Below, piece by piece: positions 30,089 to 37,957 of a DNA stretch of 58,368 nt (its first letter is position 1; every line of letters begins with the position of its first letter). This DNA is from a virus (lineage: Duplodnaviria > Caudoviricetes): IMG/VR virus record IMGVR_UViG_3300046171_000264, positions 1-58,368 of that record. The stretch is one strand, 5' to 3'. The position numbers and the translations under genes are program-made. The notes beneath the pieces were generated by a model. The model had not been told where the DNA came from, ran no database searches, and saw only the letters and a program-made list of their open reading frames with translations.

Positions 30089-31353
30089 ATTACTTCTACC
30101 CAAGAAGTATCTAAGAACAGTTTTCCGCCGTCATTAGTAGGTGTAGCGGCAATAAGGAAAACGTCACTGACACCAGCTATGGTTCGCCCGAGTTGAAAAT
30201 TAAAATTATTAATGTCACCTAAGTCAAGTTTAGTCGCGCTAGTTAAATAACCGCTAATAAGCTCATCACCTCCTAAGTAGCTTGTTATGCCTGTGTTGTA
30301 TTGCACTAAATTAGCGGGGTGCGTGCTCCATGAGCCGCCAGTAATCGATGTGGGATTCAAAATTAGATGAAACTCCACAATATCGAGCTTGTTATTGGTG
30401 GTTTGCTCTACTGCTGCACTAATACTAGCTGGAATTACAACACTATCAATGCGTGCGCTATTGAGGCGTAAAGCAATAATAGGATAAGTAGTGCCTGCAG
30501 TTGTAAGGGTGACTGGTGTAGACCCAGTGGATACGCTGCGCTGCCGCGAAAAACCTTGATAACCGCCCTCGGATGCAACGGTGTTGCAAATTTGTTTGGC
30601 AGTCGCTTCTGTAGTGAGGACTCCGGTGTTCTCTATTTCCTGTCTCAACGGTAAGACAGCGGTGGTCATATAGGTAGTGCTGTTGATATTGTCGCTGTGA
30701 AATGTGTGCGCCAGGTTAAAGCGCCCCTCCACGATGAAGCCGCAACGAACATCACCGACACCTAACCATTCGAGATCGAACCAAACAATTTGAGCTGTAG
30801 CCAGGTCTAAATCGCGCCCCGATAAACCTGTCCCATCAAACGTATCGAAGTTCCAGTTACTTTGAGCGATACGGGTATTCACCACACTGCCACTGACAGA
30901 GCTGCGAAGAACAAAGTAAACGGTGTCTCCGTCTTGCTCGAGATATACGCCGTTCTCGGTGCCGAAATATCCGATGCGCTGTCGAAGGTTTGTTTGGGCA
31001 GTTGCGCAAACAAAGGAAGACATAGCGAGTAGCGACTTACCGGGCTGGTAAGGAAACACACGCCTGGTCTCGCGATAGACGTAGGCCCCGGACGTAACCG
31101 GCACTGTTAAATTTACGCAGCTTTCATTAGCGACGTAAGTAGTTGAACCGCCTGCATTGACTGCGGTGTCCCACTTATCATTTTCTTGATACCTGTGTTG
31201 GCTATCAAACAGAGTAAAGGGCGCACTGATACGTAAACGACCAAAAGCATCTCCGTCCGTACCGGTGCCGCCTTGTACGGATAACGGGTGCTCAGCATCA
31301 TTGCGCACCCAAACGAGCGCGTAGCGGTCATTGTCAATAATGCGTTGGCCCAT
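30085..31353 (-). CDS. Putative virion structural protein
   Basis: DAFGRLRIS.PFTLFDSQH...YQPGKS...WLGVGDVR pattern, familiar from aquatic phages. Confidence 0.7.
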   Translation of the reverse strand: MGQRIIDNDRYALVWVRNDAEHPLSVQGGTGTDGDAFGRLRISAPFTLFDSQHRYQENDKWDTAVNAGGSTTYVANESCVNLTVPVTSGAYVYRETRRVFPYQPGKSLLAMSSFVCATAQTNLRQRIGYFGTENGVYLEQDGDTVYFVLRSSVSGSVVNTRIAQSNWNFDTFDGTGLSGRDLDLATAQIVWFDLEWLGVGDVRCGFIVEGRFNLAHTFHSDNINSTTYMTTAVLPLRQEIENTGVLTTEATAKQICNTVASEGGYQGFSRQRSVSTGSTPVTLTTAGTTYPIIALRLNSARIDSVVIPASISAAVEQTTNNKLDIVEFHLILNPTSITGGSWSTHPANLVQYNTGITSYLGGDELISGYLTSATKLDLGDINNFNFQLGRTIAGVSDVFLIAATPTNDGGKLFLDTSWVEVI

Positions 31354-31356
31354 TAG

Positions 31357-32211
31357 TCAATCCTCATCGCGGCGGCTGGTCTTCCCCGAGCACTTCCATT
31401 TCGTCCTCGAGAGGCAGAGCGGTGTATTGCGGTCCTTGCCAGCGCAGTTTTTGTTGTGGGACTTCATATCGCCAAAGCTGCGGGCGCAGTAGCGGTCACC
31501 TTTGGCAGTGCCTGGGGCGATCTTGTACCCCTTGGCACCGTAGCGGACAGTACGAGTGCGGCCGGTCGTGGGGTTGCGGACCTTCTTGCTGTATTTCTTG
31601 CCGTCTTTAGTGTCACGGCGCGTCGGGAGCTGCAGCTGGACCGGCGCGTAATATTGAATGAGGCTGTCACGGCGCGGCTTACGGTAGCCAGGTTCATAGC
31701 GGCGGCGGAGTTTCTCCACGGTGAGTCGGTGAGAACGCACGCCACTGCGGAGGGAGGCGCGCCCGGCTTTGCCTGCGGCATACATGGCCTGACCAACAGC
31801 CATGCCGCGTTCGATCTCAGATTGAGCTGCCCTGCGCATGGCCTTCTCAGCTTTCACATTGGCGGAGCGCGCGGCCCGGCCAAGGCGCTCGGTCTTGGAA
31901 AGAGGTCTGATCTGCTCAAAAGCACCAAGGGTCAGCCGCATCGAGGGTTTCCGAGCTGTAGCCCGGTGCACAACCTCTGTTACGTCGCGCTGCGCCGCCC
32001 GTCGCATCGTTGTGGGACTGGTGAGAATTGCTTTGCGACTGCCTTTGTGTAGAAGGGCCGCGCCCACAACGCCGGCAGTCAGCCCGACTGCAGCAGCTTG
32101 GCCTCCCGAGCCCGCTCCTGTTTTGCGGCATGTCTTGGCAGGGGCGATGTGGCTCTGCCCGCAGGGGCGGCCCTTGCTATCAGCACGGAGTAAGGCTGAA
32201 GTAATAGTCAT
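31357..32211 (-). CDS. Basic modular head-region protein (R-x-D / CG..HI...C tag, hydrophobic helix)
   Basis: LRADSKGRPCGQSHIAPAKTCRK followed by AAAVGLTAGVVGAALL; C-terminal VRYGAKG...YCARS..WKC domain. Confidence 0.75.
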   Translation of the reverse strand: MTITSALLRADSKGRPCGQSHIAPAKTCRKTGAGSGGQAAAVGLTAGVVGAALLHKGSRKAILTSPTTMRRAAQRDVTEVVHRATARKPSMRLTLGAFEQIRPLSKTERLGRAARSANVKAEKAMRRAAQSEIERGMAVGQAMYAAGKAGRASLRSGVRSHRLTVEKLRRRYEPGYRKPRRDSLIQYYAPVQLQLPTRRDTKDGKKYSKKVRNPTTGRTRTVRYGAKGYKIAPGTAKGDRYCARSFGDMKSHNKNCAGKDRNTPLCLSRTKWKCSGKTSRRDED

Positions 32212-32221
32212 GGTGAAAGTG

Positions 32222-32662
32222 CTACTGGTGAAAGCCCACTGCCCAAGTGTCGGCCTTGGAGCTCACCATCACCGGGGCGCCGCTGCGCTCCTTGCGAGGG
32301 TCTTCGCGCCGCTTGCGGGAGACCAGGCGGCGGCGTTCAGCGGGGGAAAGCGACATGGCCTTGGCGGCTGGTAGGCATTTAGGCTTACCTTCACCCTTGG
32401 AGCGGTCACCGCAGGGGCCGAGGATCCGGCCGCTGCTGCTCATGCGGACCCATTTCTCCTTGAACCACTTGTCCAGACCGTCATTGCGGAACTTGCCGCC
32501 GCGCTTTTTGTACTCGCGCACCATCCAGGCGTTGGCGTACGCACTCGGGTAGATCTTGAACTTGCGCTTGGCCGCGGCTTTTACCGCGGCGTGGAGCTCT
32601 TTGTTGACGAAGATGGTTTTGCCGGTTGCATCACTGTGAAGTGAGGCAGGAGTCAGAGTCAT
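32222..32662 (-). CDS. Basic head-region protein
   Basis: YPSAYANAWMVREYKKRGG; RND-GLDKWFKEKWV..PCG..PKCLP; ends DTWAVGF. Confidence 0.75.
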   Translation of the reverse strand: MTLTPASLHSDATGKTIFVNKELHAAVKAAAKRKFKIYPSAYANAWMVREYKKRGGKFRNDGLDKWFKEKWVRMSSSGRILGPCGDRSKGEGKPKCLPAAKAMSLSPAERRRLVSRKRREDPRKERSGAPVMVSSKADTWAVGFHQ

Positions 32663-33555
32663 GGTTCAAAACCCTCAGCCCAGATGGAGTCACGACGAGA
32701 GGGACGGATGGCAGAAGGTTTACGGAAAGCGCGTTCCAGAGACCTACGACGACGACGAGTTTGCAGCGCTGTGCGACCCCTACGCAGTCCGCTGGCTATT
32801 TCACCAGTCTTAGCTTCGCGAAGCATTGTGGCTGCACCAACAGACAGTGCCGCGTTGGCAAGTATTTGTTTGCTTTCTTTCTTAAGGCCCATACCACGTG
32901 CCCCGGCTGCAGTTAATGCCTGCCCAGCTCCTGCAATTTGGAAAGCACGGGCTGCTCCAGCAGTATCACCACTGAGTGATTTACCTAGTCCGACGCCAGT
33001 GGCACCAGCTTGAAGGGCTAGCCCCCCGAGAACAGCACCGCTTGACGCTGCTTGTCTCAGTCCCGATTTGGGCTTCTTAGGCCTGACTTTGGTAGCAGGG
33101 CCTTTAGTACACTTTTCACCCTCGGAAATGGCACCTTTACCGCACTTCAGGTCGTTGCGAGCTTCAGCGACGTCCAACCGAGCTCGGATGTAGGTCGCGC
33201 CGCGGTCCTGGATACCCATCTCACAGGCGGTCAGGTATTCCTGCGGAGTGAGGGAGTCGCTGCGCTTACGCATAGATCCGCAGCTGCCGTCGCACTTGCG
33301 GCCTTTTTTCTTACCGCAGCCGCACTCGGCATCCATGGGCTTCTTGCCATACATGTCGCCATCCATGGGCTTCTTCATGCCGTAGCCGTCGGCGGCCGGT
33401 TTGCGCCGCTTACGAGAGTGGCCGGGCTTCATGCCCATGTCCATCTCCTCTTCCTCAGTAGGCTTATTACCGCGGGAGCGTTTGGCCATCGCCATGCCCT
33501 CGCGGATGCCCTTCTCGTAGGCTTTTGGCTTGGAGCGGCGGGCGGCGGCAGGCAT
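32659..33555 (-). CDS. Basic modular head-region protein
   Basis: RNDLKCGKGAISEGEKC plus hydrophobic segment; ends RRDSIWAEGF. Confidence 0.75.
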   Translation of the reverse strand: MPAAARRSKPKAYEKGIREGMAMAKRSRGNKPTEEEEMDMGMKPGHSRKRRKPAADGYGMKKPMDGDMYGKKPMDAECGCGKKKGRKCDGSCGSMRKRSDSLTPQEYLTACEMGIQDRGATYIRARLDVAEARNDLKCGKGAISEGEKCTKGPATKVRPKKPKSGLRQAASSGAVLGGLALQAGATGVGLGKSLSGDTAGAARAFQIAGAGQALTAAGARGMGLKKESKQILANAALSVGAATMLREAKTGEIASGLRRGRTALQTRRRRRSLERAFRKPSAIRPSRRDSIWAEGFEP

Positions 33556-33599
33556 GCTAACGGCCTTTACATGGGCTTTTCCAGGATAGCTACTTTGTG

Positions 33600-34469
33600 T
33601 TATTGCGTATCAAAAGGTTGCGGGGCTAACTGCTCAAATACTGCAGCTCTGTTGAGATCAGCGGGGCCTACAGTTGCCACTTTCGTCACTTCTTCACGGT
33701 GGCGCCGAGGTAACGCAGCGTAGGTGTCATCAATTGCTGCGATCTCGGGATCCCAGGGAGCTAGATAACATCGACACCTCGGATGGCAAGGAGCTTTTGC
33801 AATGACACGCTTGTAGATACGACCAGCGCGGGCATTACAGATAGGACACGTACGGTCATCACTGGTGGCGTACCACATCACTAAGTCAATTCCATTCACT
33901 GCGTAATACTGACTGCTGGCGCTGTTGTAAGCACGCAGTGATTCTGTGCGGGCAATAACATCAGCGCGAGATTTGACTACACCAAGCCGAAGACGCAGAT
34001 CCTTTGTAATAGCATCCGTAGGACGACCTTCTGCCACACCTTGTGCAACGAGTTCGGTGGCAGTCTCTGCGAAGGTCTGACCGTGACGCCGGAGGTATCC
34101 CTTTGACTGGGCCGCGGCGGCGACGGTTGCTTCGATAGGGATCGAGACGTCGATGCGCCGGCGAGAGGGAGTGAGCTCACGCATGGAGTCGCTCGCCACG
34201 CCGATGCCCTTCTGGTGGGAGCTACGGAGCAGGCCACGTAGAACTCGGTCGTAGGCGTCCGTACGCTGCGGGTTGAACGCAGGCACAAGCTGGCGAAACT
34301 CTTGCAGCAGAGCCACATTGCGATCCGCGGCAGGCTTGCCACTGCGAATCTGGATGCGGGTGCGGCGGATTAAACGGTTGAAGCTGCGGTCGAGAATACG
34401 ATTGAGCTGAGTGACTGTGACGTCCTCGGAGCGGCGGAGGGCGGCGTTGTAGCGCTCAAAGAGTTGCAT
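33600..34469 (-). CDS. MuF/SPP1 gp7-like minor head protein
   Basis: RADVIARTE...WYATSDDRTCPIC...PCHPRCRC. Confidence 0.9.
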   Translation of the reverse strand: MQLFERYNAALRRSEDVTVTQLNRILDRSFNRLIRRTRIQIRSGKPAADRNVALLQEFRQLVPAFNPQRTDAYDRVLRGLLRSSHQKGIGVASDSMRELTPSRRRIDVSIPIEATVAAAAQSKGYLRRHGQTFAETATELVAQGVAEGRPTDAITKDLRLRLGVVKSRADVIARTESLRAYNSASSQYYAVNGIDLVMWYATSDDRTCPICNARAGRIYKRVIAKAPCHPRCRCYLAPWDPEIAAIDDTYAALPRRHREEVTKVATVGPADLNRAAVFEQLAPQPFDTQ

Positions 34470-37400
34470 TAGGAGGCACGACGTAAGTCTTTGCGCACTG
34501 CTTCGTGGAACTCCAGCAGGTCTTTTTGGTTAAGCGCTTTGCCTTGACTGATCTTGGTCTGTAGTGCCTTTCTGCGGTTTGTCATAGCTGTGAAAAGAGG
34601 AGCATTAGTGTCTTTTGCGGCACTTATCAAGTTATTTATATCAGAGATGCCGTTCTTAGTCACAGGTCCGGCAGTGCCGAAATCAATCAGTTTTATGTCG
34701 TTGCCTTTAGTTAGAACATTTCCCATGTGAAGATCACCATGGGAGTAACCGAGCCTGTGCATCTTTTCTACTTCGCGTAGTGCGCTTTGAACCGCTATGC
34801 CTTGCTGTTTCGGTGTAAGTGACTTAACAGTATTGTAGTTTTTTAGATAATCCATTATTACTACGCCTTTCTTAGGATCAGCGTTGTATATTTTGGGAAC
34901 GCTTATACCCGCAGCATGCAACGCATTCTGCGTATTTACTTCGTTAGCGAACGCTCCTTTGTTTACTTTGCCTTTTGGGGTCTTAATTACATACTTCTCG
35001 TCTTGTGAGATCCAGGTGCGACCGCTAACGCCCTCAGTGAGGTATGTGGCTCCCTGAGGGGGGTTGTTCTTGTCGAACGGCTTCGCGTTATTGCGTATGC
35101 GTTGGGCAGCTGGCGTCCATTTTGGAGCGGTGATCGCCAGGGCAGTGCCACCAATAGCAGCAGCAGCCAGTGCTAAGCGCTTAGTGCGTTTACCTGTTTG
35201 CGGCGCACCCGTGTTTACTTTAGTTGCTGGGCCGACATGGCACTTTTCGCCTTTAGAGATAGCGCCTTTGCCACACTTGAGATCAACACGGGTATCAGCT
35301 GAGTCGCCGCGAATGAGTTTGGCGACATAATCGGCTTGCTCATCTGGGATTTCAGTGAGTTTACCCATGTTTTTAAGTGCCCACATATTCCCACCGCGAA
35401 CACCCTTAAGCTCTTTAAAGCCGAACTTCCTGTAAATAGCATTACGCTTGTTGCCTAAACCATCATCTTTATATGGGTTGTTGAATAAAACTGCATTTTC
35501 AGGCATTTCATTGAGCTGCGCTTTAAACATAGACTTAACTTGCTTTGCAACACCTAATCCCTGTGCTCTGCTAAGCCCTTCTTTCTGATCAAAACTTAGA
35601 TCCGTTTGAAACGCGATACCAAACTTGTCAAAAGAACCCGCTTTACCACTAGGGGTAGATACAAATGTGACAAGTGTGTCATCGACAGCCCCGACACTCA
35701 TGACATGCCCGGTTTGAGGATTTTTAAATGTACTGAAATTATTAGTAGGATCTACTTTTGTCAGCTTAAGACCTTGAGCGTCTGCGGCGACAACAGCCAA
35801 ACCTACTTTGGCTTTACCTAATAGTTTACTGGCCGGTCCTTGGTATTTTTCAGGAAGCTTACTAATCGTGTCCCTAACTTTTTTAGAAGACATCTTCTGT
35901 ATTCCAGTGTTGATATGTTTTGCCGAGGTTTTGTACAAAGGTATATTCTGCCTATTTTTAAACGCCGCCCTTCCGCCTACAACAGCCGCTCCTGTAATAG
36001 CCGCGGCTCCTGCAGCAAGCGCCAGTTTCTTACCGCGGCTGCTGGACTTAGAGGATTTACTTTTAGAAGCAGAGTTTCCGCTTGCTGTTTTTCTGCACTC
36101 ATGCGCCTTCGGAATGTGCGAGGCCCCACAGGGCTTTCCCCGCAAGTCCGCCCTTACAGCTAAGTACGCATCAATGCGCGCTTGTTGGAGCTCATCTTTC
36201 CGCATGCGCTTCAAAGCGGCCTCGGCAGCTTCGCGGGTGGCGTACCGAGGTGTCCCATCCTTGTTCTTCTGTCGCATCAAATCAGCAATACGCTGAGCAT
36301 TAGAGCGCCGACGAGCGGGGCGGTCTGGCTTCTCTGGTGAAGGTGTGCTTGACCGGACTCGGGTTTGAGAGCTTCGCAGAGTGGTCAAACGTTCAAAGCC
36401 ATTGCTCCGCAAATAGTCAGCCGCAGGAGCTGTAGTGCTGAAGCTGCGCCCTGAGAGCTCGGATGCTGCGAGCCGGATCTCTCGATCTGTGGCTGTGAAC
36501 GTAGGGCTACCAATGACCTTGCTGGAGTAGTACTCCTTAGCTACCAAATCACTAAGGCCCTGCCCCATCTTGGTTCCGACTGCTTCAGGCTTGTTCAAGC
36601 TCTTGGCTAAATAGCGCGATTGCCCGATACGTGCGCTAGTCAACAGCTCGCTGTAACCAGCTTTGCGTGACTCAGCTGAAAGCGCGGCACCCGCAGGTTG
36701 ACGAACTTCATCAGCGATTCTTCCGAAATATCGGTCAAAACCATCACGAGTATCTCTGTAAAACGTGTCTGCAAGCTGCTTACGGCTGACTGCAGTCGAT
36801 CGACCTCTGGGGGCATCTCCGATAATCCTGTCGAGGTTGCTGACTGCACGCGCTCGGGCCTCATCGGAGAAATTAGCTGTGCCAGGTCCTACAACCCGAT
36901 TTAAAAACGCATTGCGAGAATCAGCATCTTTAAGATTTACACCTTCTTGTCGCGCTAACGCTTGTAAGTTAAACGCTTCACGGTTTAGTGCAGTAGCAAC
37001 AGAGCGCCGTACAGCTGTAGCATCATCACCTTTTTTAAGTTTAAAGCCAAACTGACGAGATAAATACTGATTTGTAGCTGGCTCGGAAAAAGTACTTCCA
37101 TCACCTGCGCCCCCCGCGTTAGTACGAGTAGCTCCCCAAAAAGTTTCTAGGTTTTTCTGCCTCCACGTAGAAGCATTCATATTCAACTCTTTAGCTTCAA
37201 TATCTAACGCTTTTATCTTATTCTCTAGTACTTTTGCATTTCCATACTCTGTTGCGCGACGTTCTAGCTGAGTAGGCGTACTAAGTAAGGCACCTCGCAT
37301 AGCCTCAGGGCCTCTAGCCGATTCTCCTGCTGCTCTAGCTACTACCTCACCGGCAGCAGAACTACCAGCAGCACGTCGCTCTGCCCTCGCTCTACGAATT

Positions 37401-37954
37401 ACAGGAGTTGCATCCAGTACACGATTAATCCCAGCCGCTACCGCGTCATCGATCTGTCGACCCACTCCATCTCGGTAGAAGGATGCTCGCTTCAGTTGAT
37501 TGTGACTGAATAAACCAAAGCCAACAACTGCAAGACCAGCAGCGATTCCTCCAGCACGACGCTCAAGATCAGCCTGCAGTTTCTTCTTGCGTTGGATGTC
37601 ACCAGGAGTGGCTTTCACAACCCCGCGAACGATGGCACGCTTGCCACCTTCGATCTCAGAAAAGCTCCCTTTACGCACACCTTTAGATATACGCTTAACC
37701 CCACGCTCAATGTTGGCCAACCCACTAATTGGATCTGTACGAACTGCCCTGAGATGTGAATCCGGGCCTTTACCTTTTAACCGGCAATCCCAGTTTGGAG
37801 GAATGCACCGGCCACCACACTTCACATTGGGCGGTGTGCACGTCACCTGACGTCTAGTCTTGCCAGAGCGGCTCCGCGCAGCATCCATCCGGGCCTTGGT
37901 TTCCAGGTACGCCGCGGTGCGAAAACCTTGAGGTGTGATGTTGGGTTGTGTCAT
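34469..37954 (-). CDS. 1161-aa modular polyprotein: three Cys-tag/hydrophobic-helix units, GNAT-like domain, C-terminal protein kinase-like domain
   Basis: CGGRCIPPNWDC, CGASHIPKAHEC, CGKGAISKGEKC; RNAIYRKFGF; kinase motifs EGVSG/VIK/NEV/HGDLHMGNVL/IDFG. Confidence 0.8.
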   Translation of the reverse strand: MTQPNITPQGFRTAAYLETKARMDAARSRSGKTRRQVTCTPPNVKCGGRCIPPNWDCRLKGKGPDSHLRAVRTDPISGLANIERGVKRISKGVRKGSFSEIEGGKRAIVRGVVKATPGDIQRKKKLQADLERRAGGIAAGLAVVGFGLFSHNQLKRASFYRDGVGRQIDDAVAAGINRVLDATPVIRRARAERRAAGSSAAGEVVARAAGESARGPEAMRGALLSTPTQLERRATEYGNAKVLENKIKALDIEAKELNMNASTWRQKNLETFWGATRTNAGGAGDGSTFSEPATNQYLSRQFGFKLKKGDDATAVRRSVATALNREAFNLQALARQEGVNLKDADSRNAFLNRVVGPGTANFSDEARARAVSNLDRIIGDAPRGRSTAVSRKQLADTFYRDTRDGFDRYFGRIADEVRQPAGAALSAESRKAGYSELLTSARIGQSRYLAKSLNKPEAVGTKMGQGLSDLVAKEYYSSKVIGSPTFTATDREIRLAASELSGRSFSTTAPAADYLRSNGFERLTTLRSSQTRVRSSTPSPEKPDRPARRRSNAQRIADLMRQKNKDGTPRYATREAAEAALKRMRKDELQQARIDAYLAVRADLRGKPCGASHIPKAHECRKTASGNSASKSKSSKSSSRGKKLALAAGAAAITGAAVVGGRAAFKNRQNIPLYKTSAKHINTGIQKMSSKKVRDTISKLPEKYQGPASKLLGKAKVGLAVVAADAQGLKLTKVDPTNNFSTFKNPQTGHVMSVGAVDDTLVTFVSTPSGKAGSFDKFGIAFQTDLSFDQKEGLSRAQGLGVAKQVKSMFKAQLNEMPENAVLFNNPYKDDGLGNKRNAIYRKFGFKELKGVRGGNMWALKNMGKLTEIPDEQADYVAKLIRGDSADTRVDLKCGKGAISKGEKCHVGPATKVNTGAPQTGKRTKRLALAAAAIGGTALAITAPKWTPAAQRIRNNAKPFDKNNPPQGATYLTEGVSGRTWISQDEKYVIKTPKGKVNKGAFANEVNTQNALHAAGISVPKIYNADPKKGVVIMDYLKNYNTVKSLTPKQQGIAVQSALREVEKMHRLGYSHGDLHMGNVLTKGNDIKLIDFGTAGPVTKNGISDINNLISAAKDTNAPLFTAMTNRRKALQTKISQGKALNQKDLLEFHEAVRKDLRRAS

Positions 37955-37957
37955 CGA

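Noticed and set aside
33600-34469. MuF-fused toxin
   Set aside because: MuF is the short form with no C-terminal toxin domain; the cargo domains are in the adjacent ORF.
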